Shown piece after piece: positions 12,701-28,990 of a stretch of DNA of 64,000 nucleotides. The position numbers and the translations under genes were made by a program. Within the stretch, counting starts at the first letter, position 1, and each line of letters starts with the position of its first letter. The stretch comes from Leucoraja erinacea (lineage: Eukaryota), in the NCBI RefSeq assembly GCF_028641065.1, contig NC_073412.1:1674001-1738000 (forward strand), written 5' to 3'. The notes below the pieces were generated by a model that did not search any database, was not told the origin of the DNA, and saw nothing but the letters and a program-made list of their open reading frames with translations.

Positions 12701-13857
12701 CTTTCATAAACCTCTCAAAGCAGCTTGGCATTCTCTTGGGTTTGTTTTCCATATCATACTTATCTGGCAATGCCCTGAAGCAAGTTTTCCAAGTGTAGCT
12801 TTCTATGCTGCTGCTGAATGCTTATTGTGGCACTCCCAATAATATTTCCGTTATTTTTTATTGCATAATACAGCTCTTAATTAACCAGGAACTGTCGACC
12901 CCAACAACTGCTAGTTAAGAGAGCTCTAAACTAATCCCGAGTTCTTTTCTGATGGACTTCAAATAAACGAATAAGGTAAATGGAGATTTTTGCACCAATT
13001 ACTGGAGAAACCATTCCTCTCAGTAAAGCAGACACAATGCGGAACGTGGAATAGATAAAATGATTAATATAAACATTTGTTGGGCCTGCTCGTTAACCTA
13101 ACCATCACAAATCTTGAATGATCTTCAATAGATGTACTGCTATTACTGCAGCAGGAACAATGATAGAGCTATCAATTGCTATTGGGTATTTCTAAAAGTT
13201 TTCATGGAACGGTTTATTTGTGTGAAGCCATTTCACAATGATGACCTTTTACAACTTAATCAATCATTCTGTCAATTTAAAATATTGACTCCATTTCCTC
13301 TCCTCACAGATTATGTAAACCTGAACAATTCCTGTGTTTTTTTTTTGGCTTTGAATCAAATTTACAGCATCTGCAGAGTTTTGCTCTGTATGAAGACTGA
13401 TCACATTTCTGAGACAAGTTATCAATCCATCAATAGCTGCCTCAAAGCTCTTTGTAGGGCAAGGCAGAAAAAATAAACATGAACGGATGTAAATTTAGAA
13501 AATAATTTGGTAAACAGAACAGAAGCCCTTTTGCTAACTACTAATTTGTATAGCCTTTAAAGTCATGGCGCAAATTATATACACAATTCAGTATCATTTC
13601 CTTTTGTTATACATTCCCACATCACTGCCTTCCATACTTTTGAACGGCTCTCCTTTTACCACATAAATTTTATTGTCCACTTGCACACTGCGGCCTCTTC
13701 CTTTAATCAATATCACTTTGTTTCCCACGGGAGCAACTTCTAATTCAGCAGGATATCATACCTCAGTCACACAAAATGACAAGGACAGCAAAACAAGGCC
13801 TCACACAAATTGCACTTCCTTGGTTCAAACTCACCCTCGTGCCAGGCATTTTTAAGA

Positions 13858-14195
13858 GCGCCTCGACCCAAAACGTCACCCATTCCTTCTCTCCAGAGAT
13901 GCTGTCTGTCCCACTGAGTTACTCCAGCATTTTATATCTATCTTCGTTATGAACATTGATTTCTCTAATTTCATAACCCTTGCATTCCCCCTCTCTCTGT
14001 CCCTCCCCTATCCAAGTCATCCTGCTAGTTTCACTGTTTGTATCCCTTCATTAGCACCTCTTCCACAGCCAACAATGGAACATTTTGGACTCCGCTTTTC
14101 TTGAGTCATCGGTCCCTCTCCCCTGACTCTCAGTCTGAAGAAAGGGTCTCAACCGGAAATATCACGTTCTTTTTCTCCAGAGATGCTGCCTGACT
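13858..14195 (+). mobile_element. Penelope-like element 3' fragment with tandem terminal repeat
   Basis: ATGAACATTGATTTCTCTAATTTC (MNIDFSNF remnant) between two copies of the terminal repeat. Confidence 0.65.
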
Positions 14196-15116
14196 TCTAC
14201 TCATTGTAAATATGTATCCGAGCACATTTCACTGAACACAGACATTGCCGAGTTGAATTGCTAATACAGGCTTCTGCCAAAAGGTAAGATGTCATTGTAT
14301 ATCCAATATGAAAGAGAGAGGAAAAAACAAGACTGGGAAATTTAATATCAACATAAAATTTAGAATCTAGAATGAATAAAATCTCAACTAATACTCTGCA
14401 AGTTCTATGGTGAAACACTGAAGGATACAACTGGAATCAATTGGATTATAATTTACAGCACTAACAACTGGATAATCTCAAATTTAATCATTCCATTAAA
14501 TGTAACTTTTTTTGTATTAAAACATTTAATGTTTGCTTTCTTTCTGTATAGTTACAATTTGCAGTGACAATCACAGACATGCATTTACACATGGAAGGGG
14601 TGTGAATAATGGCAGGATGCAGGTGAATTAGACAGACAAAGACATGAGCATTGTAGGAGAAAACAGATCTTAAATAAATCCTTAAAAAACATAAAATACC
14701 GACCACTCTGCGACTACATTCTCAAAATATTCTTGTAAACTGCCCTTGTGAAATACTTGGAACTGAGCATAGTTCCAGCTAACTACTGAGTTAGCAAAGA
14801 TCAATACCAGAGTGAATAGTTTGCATTCAGAATCCACTATTGTCTGCAATGGAAAAGGATTAAACAATGGAAATATGTAAAATGTTCCTCAGAAAAACAT
14901 GACGTCACTGTTCTACCGTCAGAAATCCTTCTTAAAATAATGAAGCAGAAACTACTGAACTAATGGAATGGGTTTGCTTGAAAAATCTAAATTATTAGCA
15001 AATTCAAACTGATGAAATTTTTCAATGTTCAAAAGGGAAAATCTTTACCTTCAGCATAAACAAATGAATGAAAAGCAATTGAATATCATTTAAAAAAAGG
15101 GTCAGGTAAAATTCTA

Positions 15117-15539
<423 letters not shown>

Positions 15540-16024
15540 CTATCAGAGAACAGGAGAAACAATTTTGAAATGGAATTTTTTTTTAACATAACCAATTTCT
15601 TTAATTCCAGAGAACAAAAGTGATAAACAACGTGTTGTAGAGGAACAACGTGTTGTCCAGGTGCTTAGGAAATAAGCAGAATGCTAAAGCAATTATTTGT
15701 CTCAAATCTGAGCTCAATCTTTTCTTTCTGGACATCAGTCACTGCCAAGTGTAGCGGGAAGCCTCTGCCTGAATCCAGAAACCTAGCTCACACAAGTGTT
15801 AATGCACCTTTGATGCAGTGGACTGGGTACAAGTAGGAATATCAGCCCTTTTGTCCTTGTTGTCTAGTCTGACAGCTGTGGAATTCAATTTCAATTTACT
15901 CAAACTATGAACATTTGATCAATATCTGTTACATTCTTTAATTGCTTTGTCATCTATTCTGGAGCTCGCTATCAAAAGTATTACACAACAATAATGCATT
16001 GACATGCTCGTTCATTCCAGGCTA

Positions 16025-16285
16025 CTTAGTTTAGAGATATAGAGTGGAATCACGTAGTCCGCGCAGCCCAGCGATCCCCGTACACTAACACTAACACTAC
16101 CCTACACACTAGCATCCTACACACTTTATCTTTTACCAAAGCCAATTAACCTACAGGCCTGTACATGAAAGACAAGGTCACGGGGATAAAGTCCAAACTC
16201 CATACAGACGGTATCCGCTGTCAGGATCAGACCCGGGTCTCTGCCACTGTGAGTCAGCAACTCTACTGCTGCGCCACCGTGCTGC
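16025..16285 (-). mobile_element. tRNA-derived SINE (HE1/V-SINE-like)
   Basis: Reverse complement of the GCACGGTGGCGCAGCAGTAGAGTTGCTG...AGACCCGGGTCTGATCC head, with (CTAAA)n-type tail. Confidence 0.8.
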
Positions 16286-16538
16286 TCCTTATTAAGTATA
16301 TTTGAAGCAACAATAAAAATGCAGCTTTCCTGTGTGGTCAGACATCCAACACTGGTTCCTCACCCTTTGTACAATTCACTTCTCTCTCCCCTATTTGCCC
16401 CAAAGCATAACAGCAGATACAGAACTTGAGTTTTTTGTTTGAGCATCTGTATTATGTACTAGTCAACCACATTATTTCAAGTGAAGAACTTGAATTCAAA
16501 TTAAAAGAAAATGACAAGCATTCCAAGCATGAGATTCA

Positions 16539-16757
<219 letters not shown>

Positions 16758-19700
16758 TTATTAATGCTTATGTAAACTACCAACTGATGGCAACATTCTT
16801 AGCACCCATTTCCCCCTCCCCCCCCCCCCCCCCCCCCCCCCCCACAATTTAAAACTTTGCTGACGTCAGTCCGTCATCTTGCTTCATTGTTGATTCAACA
16901 TTTATTTCAGCTGCTCTGAAAACTCAAAAATAACTTGCCAGTTCAACTCTATTATCACCACCTTCAATATGTTGTAGTCTCATCTTATCTGAATGTTCAA
17001 CCCCTCAGGTCAGATGTGGTTCTCTAAAATAATGCACTCTACTATATGAGCATCTTCAATTTCTTCCAAACCTGTATAGCCGTTAATGAAAAAGAACTTA
17101 ATTTTTATTATAATTCAATGTTTTCTAATGATGATTCTGAATTAAATTGTACGACTGGTAAATTCAGTCGTACTACTGGTAGACCTAATTCCTCCCTTCA
17201 ATGAGCAAAAGATGAACAGAATACACAATTTTAATACCATGGCCTTGGTTTGGCTTCCTTCCAACACATTTGTCTAGAGATTATTTGTTTGAATAAATCA
17301 AATGTTATATTCAGAAACCTCACAGTCTCGAACGCTATCTTAAATGTTTCGGTTTCCTAACTGCATTTCTTCAGTTACCAAGTAAGCCAATTCCAGAGAT
17401 CTATCTACAATGCAATTCTTTGTACCCTTGATCTACAGTTAGCAAGTTTAATGAACGGTTTACTAATCATGTTCTCCTGCCCGCTGAAAGGAAAATTCAT
17501 TGGAACATGTATACTAAACAGTCATAATACGTAGCAAAGTGGTGGATGTATCACACCTCGCTACCACCTGTCCCTGTCTGCCCACGCTCGCCTGTTCCTG
17601 AATGCAGAGAGCAGACCATGCTGACTGTGACACACATGGCCAGCTGGGGACAACAGCCAGGCATCAAGCAGCCCAGTTCTGATGTCTTATACTTTTCCAA
17701 ACCACAAGTAGAATTCTACTTAGGAGTTATACAATGCATGTATATACTTTTTTTTGGTTCTACTGTACTATTTAATTGTTTTCAATTAATCTAAACTAAC
17801 ATTTTTCCAAAGTATTTTCCATGACATTTAAATGTTGTTTATATGAATTTCTCCATTCCTTGAGGTAAATACCACACGGATGTTTTACATATCTCTTATT
17901 TTGGTCCTCCTGCCGGCAATGATACTTGGGCCCTTTATTCTAAGTGGCTGGGAAAAATGCAGCATTATTACTGAAAGAAGTGTTGCACAGAAAGGCAGCA
18001 GGCCTTTTTGGTGCAACATTAGTTCCTTTCTCTTCCCAGGGGTTTCTAGGGACTAAAGCAATCCAAGGGCAGTGCAGGAATTGAAATGAAGATCATGTAT
18101 GACATTGATGAATGGCAGAGCAAGCTCAAAGGAGTGAATGATCTAATCCTGCTCCAATTTCTTATTTTAAAGCCTTAATTATGAGAACAGAATTATCTAA
18201 CTTAAAAAGCAAATAAATTCCAATTCATCCATATTTCAACAACACTAAGACAGGAATTGCAGATGCTGGTTTAAATTGAAGATAGACACTAAAAGCTGGA
18301 GTAACTCAGTGGGTCGGACAACATCTCTGGCAAAAAGGAATAGGTGATGTTTTGGGTCGCGACCCTTCTTCTGTTACAGTTTAAAATGAATAAACCCGTC
18401 ATCTATACTGACATAGTGTAAGCAAATAATTACAGATTCACATTGTTAAACATTGTAAATAGGATGTGAGCAATACTAACATGGCTGGTGTTTATCGTCC
18501 ATTCACAGGAATGAACTAGATAGTTTTGGAATCGATTCACTTGTATGAACATTTTCTCTATTCTAAAAGGCTTCAATGTCATAACCAGTTTGTAAAATGA
18601 GGGCAGCTTGTGCTTCAAAGAACTGTCCCACTTTCACTAATTTCTATTTTAATAACAGCAGAGGTGGGATATGAACACATCTCTGGATTGCCTGTGCCAC
18701 AAATAACCTACTGCGGCTACTTCAAGACATCATTATTTTAGTTTAGACACAAAATGCTGGAGTAACTCAGCGGGTCTGGCAGCATCTCTGGAGAAAATAG
18801 TTGACGTTTCAGGTCAAGACTGAAGAAGGGTCTCGACCCGGGATGTGTGCACTCAGTGGGTCGAAGGGCCCGTTTCCATGCTGTATCTCTAAGTTAAAGA
18901 CGATTCCCTTACAGCTCTTCATTAAATACATCAAAATTATTGTTTTGCCTTTCCAAGAGATGAAAATCCCACGCACAGCTTGACACGAGTGAATTGCTTT
19001 CAGTAGTAACAGCAGTAAAATGGTATGAGATATAAAAGGCTCTCCCTAGCATCCACACAGAAAACAGATTCAACTCATTAGTTATTAATAATTACTATCT
19101 GGCAGAGGGCTTCCGATTCCAAGCTGCAAGACTAAACCTCAAGGACAAGTGAAGGTAAAATCTGGACAAGCTGTTTCCTCACACTGCAATGTTCATCTCA
19201 TTAAGCGTATCAAGTATCCATTTCTGTGGAGGGAATGGGCAGACGATGTTTTGTGTCGGGACCTTCCTGACCCAGAAAGTTGCAAGTCCATTTCCACCAC
19301 AATGTCACCTGACCCGCTGAGTTCCTCCAGCACTTTGCTTTGTGCTCAAGATTCCAGCATCTGCAGTTCCTTGTGTCTAAAGTCTCAATTTGTTGATTTC
19401 AAAGACAGCATTGACTAAAAGTGTTTCTGGAACTTTTAATATAATTTGTCACATATTTCTTCCCAGACGAATTATCTTGCACTTCCCTTATATCTACATA
19501 GAAATACAGAATGGAGTACTCAGCATGTCACGTATTGGTGCTCACAAATCTAGAACTTTGATTCATTCCTGAAGTCGCGTGCTGTCTCTGTGGAGTTTGT
19601 ACGTTCTCCCCATGTGCTTTTGACAGGTGCTCTCAATTATTCCCCAAAACATGCTGGCAAATGGCCACTATAAACTAATGTTTAGTGTAGGCAACTAATA

Positions 19701-20458
19701 ACATAAAAGGGGAGAGAATGGGCATGTAGGAGTGAATAAGTTGCAGGGCAAAGGGAAATGAGACTGCTCTGATGGGAGACAACATGAACTGGATGGGGCG
19801 AATGGCCTCTCTATGCCAAAGGAGGTAAACATTTACAACACGGAAATAGTCTAATTGATGCTACTGTTTGTTTTACAAGAACTACCAATAACTAGATTTC
19901 AATTGATGTTCAGAACATCCTTGCATTCTTCCCTTTATGTATACTAGCTAGTGAGAAATGCATGGTTCTACGGAAGATTAACTCACGAATGAAAATGTAC
20001 GGAAGTATTCTACGATCTTGAATTTGCTTCATATTATCAATATACTCCCTCTGCTCCAGCCCACATAATGGGAAGTCCTTTAATCATCAGCAACACAGAT
20101 ACCACACCCCATCCTTGCTGCAAAAAGCACCATTTTAGCCTTTGCATAAATCATGTCATCTATATATCTAAGTGCCATGTAAGGTCTCCATTTGCCCGTT
20201 TCACGACGTGCCTCCCTGACTGTCATTGTCTCTCTGTACATTTCTCCATTTATATAAAGAGGAAGGAGTTGAGGTACTGAGTTACCTAGTACTGATCACC
20301 ATGACACACCGCTCATTTCATGTTGCCAACAGAAGCTTTTGTGCTGATTTATTTTCCAGTGGCACACAGATGATGTCGCTGGATGATGAGACTTAAGCAC
20401 AGCGGGAGAGGGGGAGTGCAATGAGTAATTACTTGTATTCCCATAAAATGGAGACAGA

Positions 20459-20788
<330 letters not shown>

Positions 20789-23030
20789 TTACAAAGAAGA
20801 TAAAAAATGAGCAAATTATGATTAGATAAATTAAGTTCTTTGATTGTGTTAAATTAAATCACCTTTACAAATATACTGGGTGTTCATCAGTGGCAGGACA
20901 TCTCATATAAAACACGTGTGTATGTTTTAAGAAGGAATCACAAATGATTTTAAATATCTTTAACCGCATCAGAACGTAGATTATGTTTAAACATAGGCTC
21001 TTTAATAATAACGCAACCAATATTGGCCAATGGACCTATCAATGTCTGCACAACCACCCAGGATGTGCTCAATAAACCAACCTTCAGCTTAACCCATAAA
21101 TCTTTAAAGGAATTTGATGTTGAACTTAACAATTTCTGGTCAAAAAGATCAGATACTGTAATACACCCACTGTGGCTGAAAGGTGTGATCTTTAGCATGA
21201 AACCATCTACAGTAGGAAAGCCCCATATCACCACTCTTCCTCCTGTCATGCTCCATAGCACCAAAGCAAACATCATTTACTACATTCTGGGGAGGATAAA
21301 ACCAAATGGTTTGCAAATTATCATTACTATTCATTAATTACAATGGTTCTAGAACCCTAGTTTTATGAAGAGAAATGGCGTTTGACAAGTTTGTTACACT
21401 TCATTGAAGATGTAATTTAGAGTAGATGAGAGAGAACCAATTGATGGTACATATGGATTTCTAAAAGAGTTCCAATGAAAGGTTACATGAGATTGAAAAT
21501 AATGTCACAGAGAACTTTAAGAATAAACCCATTGTTAGATTGCCCATGCCAAACTAGAGCTGGGGCTTCATCTATATTAATGATTCGGATGAAGGGTCCA
21601 AATGTATCACATCTAGGTTTGCAACAATAGAAAGCAAGATAGAAAATAAAGCAATGAAGAGAAAAACAAGTTATGAGAGATTAAGAAAATGAACAAAAAT
21701 TTGGGCAAGCAGAATGCAATGGTTAATCATTTTGGAGGCGTTATAGAACATTTTAAAATGGAATTAAATATTAAATGCTGATGTGCAGACAAGTCTGGAC
21801 TCCCATGTACAGGCACAAAATTACAGCAGACAAGGCAAGGCAAATGCTAATTGGTCTTCATAGTAAAGGGGGAAGGAGTGCAAACATGAAAGAAGGAGAA
21901 CTAAAAGGAGGAGACATAATTCCAATGTTGTTCTCCCTATTTAAGAAAAGATGTACTTGCCCTTTAAATGATATATGACTCGATACACCAGGTTGCTTGA
22001 CCGTGCCCATAAAATGCACTCTTATCTCATTTCTATTTATATCACTTTGGGAATGGAAAAAAAAGCCCCTACTGACTTCATAAGAACCAACATCTTAACA
22101 TCTGCAGCATGAAGATGCCAGTGCTAGATAGAGTCACTAAAATAAACAATTGAATATTTGGACTAATACAGATGATATGCTGGCAAATGTATGTGATATT
22201 TCTGGGTGAGGAACTATTAGGCAAATAAAAGATCCTTTTAAAAAGCCCAATAAGTAGATTTAAATTTTTAAAGAGATAACTCAACTACATTAGCAATAGC
22301 TTATGTTGAAGTATTTGGTTAATTATGAAGGTGGACAAAAATGAAGGTTAATTATGAAAATGTATTTAAACAGAATAACTTTATTGGATTTAGTTTCCCT
22401 CTTCCCTTTTTGAGAAATGCTCCATTCCGTTAATTATATTTACTTTAAAAAAAAGGGAAAATAGGTAAAGGCAACTTTTCGACAATTTTCTGTCGCTCGC
22501 CAAAAAACCCCAGCCTATGACATTGAATGCAGTTATTGACTAGAGACATGATTACTGCTGTAAGACAGCTCAATAAGGCTGTTCACAAGCCTTTTCTCAA
22601 AAGTATCAAAAGATGGTTAATAAACACTGGCCTATTTGTTCTCGGTATACATGTGACAAACACGGATGGAAAGACGGAAGAAAGAAAGTTTCTCCGGGTT
22701 ACGAGCAACAATGCTTTTGCACAGATGATCACGTGGATTATATCACCATTTGTCATCGTGCAAAAGCAAATGTCTGACTGCACCTCAGATCACCACAATG
22801 GCATCATTTGCCATTGGCAAAATTAGTTGAATTAAATTTGAAAACAGTATAGGGCAGATTCAATTTACAAATTACTTAATGCATCCAATCATTGAATTTA
22901 CTCCAATGGACTTAATTCAAATGAGATAGTGTCCCATAACTTTACAGACATCCAGAGGAGATTACTCACACCTTTTAAAATTCCAAAAGTTGATACTTGG
23001 TTACACAAAGCCTAAAGATATAGTTCTCAC

Positions 23031-23202
23031 TTGTATTCAGTGCTGTTTGCGGCAACGTTCCTAGTCCCAGTAATCTCTTCTCCGTCTTTAATCCAGTAAC
23101 TGCCGTTGCAGGGACTTGATGTCAAAGTCAAGTTACAATACAGGTTGATTTCTGTGTTTGAAGGCTTTAAAATAACTTCTTCAGTCGAATGGATCTTTGG
23201 CT
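23031..23202 (-). CDS. NPTN: Neuroplastin exon 3 (Ig2 N-half)
   Basis: KPKIHSTEEVILKPSNTEINLYCNLTLTSSPCNGSYWIKDGEEITGTRNVAANSTEYK. tttcag acceptor, gtgaga donor, 172 nt. Confidence 0.95.
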
Positions 23203-24229
23203 CTGAAATGCACAGAGCAAAAATAGAGGTTGTTAGTTAATGTGATGCCAGTGCACAGCGAAAAACAGATGCAGCCAACTCTCAGTCACCAACCACTCGG
23301 AAATACAACTCTCTCTCGATGAACTGCTGGGTTTATTCTCTTACGACACTGCTATTAACCCAAAAACTGTGCCCACAGCTGACTATAAGCAAATTAGCAA
23401 ACACTATTCTGTACAAAAACCCTAATTGCCTTGCAAATTCACTCAATGTGGTTTAGAGCACAATTCACTGAGATTGTAAACGGCTTGAGATGACTGACAA
23501 GTTGAAGGTCATTTGCTGTCGCTCTATCTGGCTACAAATCTGGAGAAAATTGTTTTGTGAAAATGCTGACGCAAATGTGAACACCAGCATCATCACGACA
23601 TGACATGTCAGGCTGGTGTAGCTGCAAGCCAAGTCTGCACGTGGCAATGCTGAAATGTGACAATAAGGCAATTCTGTGTATTATGAATTTACTATCGACT
23701 CCACTACTATTAATTTAGCCCTGTGCGAGTTGAAAATGGCAGTTTACAGTAAGTGGAATTCCATGCATAAAACTCATTCTATGGGTTATATAAAGAAATG
23801 CTTCCATTACTGATTATTTAATTCATTCCCGTGCACCTGTTTGTAAATCTACCCTCCATTCTCAAAAGAGTTAAGTGATAAGTTAGCAGGATCTGTCTGG
23901 TAATGGTTAGGGTCTCAGGCTGGTTTAAATCAGGTGACAATGAGAACTGATTTAGTAAAGAAAAAAAAAAAAAAAAAAAAAGAATCGACAGGCCCAATGA
24001 ATAGAATTATTTGAAATTAGAAAATTAAATGATAGAATGAACAATCAAAAACCATTCACAAAATAAATATGGTGCAGGCAGAATACTAAACACCTCACCA
24101 TCACTGTACATTTATTACAGCATCCACAATCAAATCCAGGCAACATATACACAAATGTCCTACTTTCAATCTAGGAGAACTTGTACCTTCCGAAGAGTCC
24201 ACCAGGGACTATACTGGAAGTTGGACAAT

Positions 24230-24452
24230 TTTATACGGGACAATTTTTTTTTAACATTTATCAAGCCAATTAACCTACAAACCTGCACGTCTTTGGAATG
24301 TGGGTGGAAACCGAAGATCTCGGAGAAAACCCACTCAGATCACATGGAGAATGTACAAACTCCGTAGAGACAGTGCCTGTAGTCGGGATTGAACCCAGGT
24401 CTCCGGCGCTGCATTTTGCTGTAAAACAGCAACTCTACTGCTGCGCCATGGT
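24230..24452 (-). mobile_element. tRNA-derived SINE (HE1/V-SINE-like)
   Basis: Reverse complement of the SINE head, B-box GGTTCAATCC and central GGTTTCCACCCACATTCCAAAGAC domain. Confidence 0.8.
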
Positions 24453-26039
24453 GAACTTCTAGTTCAAATAGGTGGAACTAGGGATTTAACCCCACCCCCC
24501 AAAATATGAAAACTAAAAGATGCCATCAATGTTGGGATGTTTTTTGCTGAGTATAGTCTACACTCTACATGGTTGGTTACTAAACTGAACTGGAACCCGA
24601 TTATCCAACCCAAATCCAAAGGCTACGCGCTGGTTTTGGGGTCAGGTACACATCCAGACAAAACACTGGGGTCTAGGATCGGCCATGCCAGACCCAGACT
24701 GGATCGGTCAGTATTTTATTCAGGATGAGTTTCTCAGTATTACTACATATGCCTTCTGTTCATCCTCAAATATATCATCAGTATGTTGCAAAATAACAAT
24801 GCTAAAGGAACTCAGAAGGTCAGACAGCATCTATGGAGGTAGAGGGAAGGTGATTGACCATCCCTCTCCCTCCACAGAGTAAGCCTGACCCGCTGTGTTC
24901 CTCCAGCAGTGTGTTTTTTTGCTCCATGTTGCCAGTCCCGGACATCTTCAGTCGCATATTTCAGAATGTTACAATCGTACTCCACAATTTATTAAAGGAG
25001 TGCTTTCACAGAAAACTTGGTAAATAGTAAAGGCTCGGTAAAATGTATGGTGCTAATTTTTGGTACAGCATAGTCCAAAAGGTATAGAGCTGTACGTTAT
25101 TCACCAAAGTGAGAAAATAGATTTGGAAATCGAGGCACCCTAAAGATTCAGTCGTGTTAAGGAGAAAATTTGCAACCAAGACATGGATAAATCAAGGAAT
25201 ACCTACATTCACAATGACTGGGTCAGGTATGGGATAAAATTCTACGTAGTCGGGGCTGGTTTTATTTTCCCGAGCAAATCGTTAATCTGACTTACTGCTA
25301 TATGTCAGCTGCAAAACCCAATGCAGACACATAAACCAATTACCCTAATGAAAAAGCTTCAGCTACGTTTGAGATTAGTAAACTGTTTACTATATTTGTG
25401 TCAGTAACTGGTTTGCTTCCTCTGTAAAAAATATGAAGAGTGTGAGCTAATGAGTCTTCACTGGTGTTGATCATGAGGATTCATATGCTTAATGCTGTAC
25501 TTTAAAAAAAAAACTATTTCATGCAAGTCTATTATTATTTTTAACCAATATTCTTTATATATCACCAAAATTGTTATTGTCATGTCACTGAAAACTCAGC
25601 TTTTAAAGAGCTTATGACCTTCAATCCACTCTTTGACATAGATAACCTACTTCTACCTGCAGAACCAATTTTACCTTCCTCAACATAAGGGCTGGTCCCG
25701 CCTTTGAAAGCTTTCCATAATCATCTCCAGGCATATCCATACCAACACATTCGTAAACGACTTTCTGCTTAACCTTGCCTCTCCTTCTGCCAAAATTCAG
25801 CAGACTTGTAACTACCATTTTGTTGATCCATGAATTCCACTCTCTCAACAGCATTATTCAAACTCCACCTTCAAACAACTTTGTCATCCCTTATAGAAAT
25901 ACATTTACAAGTAGCAATCCTCTCCGCTCATATCTCCTTCAACCTGACCATATTCACACCAGTCTTTCTCCTTGCCATTGGAATCTTAGCTAAGACCGCA
26001 TGCTAACATTCTCTTCCGAAATATCTCAGATCAGTCCTC

Positions 26040-26645
26040 AATAAGGACCACTTCGCAGCAATCTTCTGCCAGCGTGATAGCATCCTGGGGAGTGTGGTAT
26101 AACGATGAAACCTTGAGGGACAGGCAAATAGTTCCCCGAAAGTGGTGTCAGAGGTAGCTTTTTGAACATTGGTCTTCATCAGTCAGGGTATTGTATAGAA
26201 GTTGGGACACTGTTACAGTTGTGCAATACATTGGCGAGTCCACACTTGGAGTAGTGAATAAAGCTATTCAGTTTTGGTTATCTTGCTGTAGGAAGGATGT
26301 GAGTAAACTGAAATGAGTGCAGAGATGAGTGCATGGATATTGCCAGGACCTGAGGGGCTGAGCTATAGGGAAAGGTTGGGTAGGCTAGGACTTTATTCCT
26401 TGGAGTGCAGGAGACTAAAGGGTAATCTTATAGAGGTGTATAAAATCATGAGGGGAATAGATAGGGTGAATGCCAAGGATAAGGGAATCAAAAACAAAAG
26501 GACGATGAGAGGGGTAAGATTTAATACACACCTGGGCAGCAACGTTTTCACTCAGAGGGTGGTGGGTGTGGGGAACAAGCTGTCTGAGGAGGTAGTTGAG
26601 GCAGATACTATCACAGCATTTAAAAGACACTTGGACAGGTACATG
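26040..26645 (+). mobile_element. CR1-type LINE 3' fragment
   Basis: LPGPEGLSYRERLGRLGLYSLECRRLKGNLIEVYKIMRGIDRV. Confidence 0.88.
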
Positions 26646-28930
26646 TATTTGTACACATGGCTATGTATTTTATACTCTAACCCCCCTTTCCATTGAAATT
26701 AAATATTGAATCTTCTGACCCATAGAAAGCAGGAGGGGAACAAGGTCAGTCAATAAGTCAAAACAGTAATAAAATCTCCCTTCACCACATATTTTCACAA
26801 ACGAGTCAAAATCTAATAGAAAGAAGCTTGAATAAATCATCCTTTAAGAATATAATAATATCATAACTTTTTAAAATTAATTCTAGAGAGTATCTAGTGT
26901 CCATTCATAACCATTTTGCAAGACTATCTGCCTGGCATAACAGACTGCAAGGACAGTAAACTATCCATCCCAATTCTGACCATTCATGAGCCAAGCACTG
27001 TCTCAACTGGCATTGCTTCAATGGAATGGAAGTTAAACCTCCAAAGTGTTTTCTTTGACCGGCATATTGCCTTGAAAAATAAGTTAATTTCAATCATGAA
27101 TACAATGTTTTACATATTTCAGTCTAGTTTGTTGAAATTTCCAATGCAATAAAAAAGAATAGAAGAAACAAGGTCAGATTTCCACCCACTCTCATCTCAG
27201 GAGCAAAGTTAGAGGTTTTACATCTATCTTTCTCTGTATCAGTTTATGTTTAGAACATTTTTTTCTTCCTCACATTAAAAAAAGTTTTTCTCCCCCCACA
27301 CAGGGGTTTACAGGAATATGTTGAAAAGATTCTAAATCAAAATGTCCTAAGACTATATATCACTGGACATCCCAAATAACAAATAAAGGAAACTCAGTAC
27401 AACTTAGATTGCTGAACATTAAATGGTCAAAGAAATAATATTCCATTTGTTGCACGATCTATGTGAAATAATAACAAATATGAACATTACCTTAAAGACA
27501 TGATCCCATTAAAATTAAGCAAACTATGCAGACTACATTAGGAAAAGGGATATTTATGAAAAGCTGATACGCTATAGGAGGCGAAAGTGAATATGGAAAG
27601 CAGAGTATAGTTATGGTGTGCTCTAGTCTGTGGGATGGGAAGAATAAGCATGTTGGGGTAGAGGTGCAGAGGATTAAGAAATAATTCTCAGTAGCAGGAT
27701 CACTGTCTTTAATGGTGTACTCACCATCCTGAATTGTGCTGTTCTTACAATTTTGATATCAAATAACTTACCATTAGTACTGAAAAATAAAGGATGAAGG
27801 GAATACCCTCAAATGAAGAATAATGCAACATTAAACTTTCCATTAACTACAGCAGAAGTCTAGAAATTATCAACAAATATTGTAAATATTCTCTGACATT
27901 TCCCACCACTTTAAAATGAAGACACTAACCCACATGACTTAAATCTTGCTGAGCAGCAACTTTTGGGAAAAGGTTATAATTCTAACGCATTTTCAAATGT
28001 AGATGAAATCTCTTCATGATGATAAAGGTTGTCCAGATCTCTGAGGTAAAAGGGTTCCACAAATCTAGCATGATTGCTAATACTTACATAGTCATTCTCT
28101 CTCTGAACTACCAGATTGAATGCACAAAACTTGATTAACATTTAAGTTCTTTTAAATGATTAGCAGGCTTCACTTTGTTTTAAGAAGATGATGAATAAAA
28201 TCTTTATGTTGGTTAACAATTTCAATGCTGTGCATTTGCACAATGATAACATGATATTAGCTCTCTATGGGGGTTATTAGTTAGTAGAAATAGCCATTCA
28301 GATACCATACAAATCTTGGGCTCAAAACATCTTCTCCCTCATACTCCCAATGAATTAATCTACACACAGCAAACCTCATGTTTATGGCTTTAAAAATAAA
28401 CGTTGTAAAAGTGGAATATACGCCCTTCAGCAAACTGCATTTAGCATCACTGCAATTCTATTTAAATTGAAATAACTTCTATATTTGTAATGTCAACTTT
28501 TATAAGGTTCAAAATATGCCTAGCTAGTAGAATGCACCATAAAATATTTAATATTCTATTACTTGGATTATGGGCGCACCAAATCTAATCAGTACCAGGA
28601 TTCAGTATCCAAAATAATTGTAAAATCGCTGTCCTGCACCATTTTGTAATGCCCCGCAGTTGCAGATGCCAATTAGCATGCGGAGCATCTCTCTTTGCAG
28701 TTCGCTATGCCATCTGTCTCGTATCCAGCAAACAGTAAAAATAAAACTTCACATGCACACCCACGCAGGCATTCATCAGCACTCTAGCGGCTGCCATGAC
28801 TGCTTCAAAAGAAAATGGATCTGGTTAGCAGCTTTGTGTCCCAAGCACTAAAAGGTTCAATACAATGATCGATTAAACACACAACTGCTCAGGCTACAGG
28901 GCTCACAATTTTCATGGGGAAAGTCAGGAA

Positions 28931-28934
28931 GAGG

Positions 28935-28983
<49 letters not shown>

Positions 28984-28990
28984 GGGGAGG
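28931..28990 (+). repeat. Poly-G tract
   Basis: About 45 consecutive G. The exact length may be an assembly artefact. Confidence 0.9.

Noticed and set aside
15626-15657. AACAACGTGTTGT duplicated near the exon 6 acceptor
   Set aside because: It is a simple short local duplication with no further support for function.
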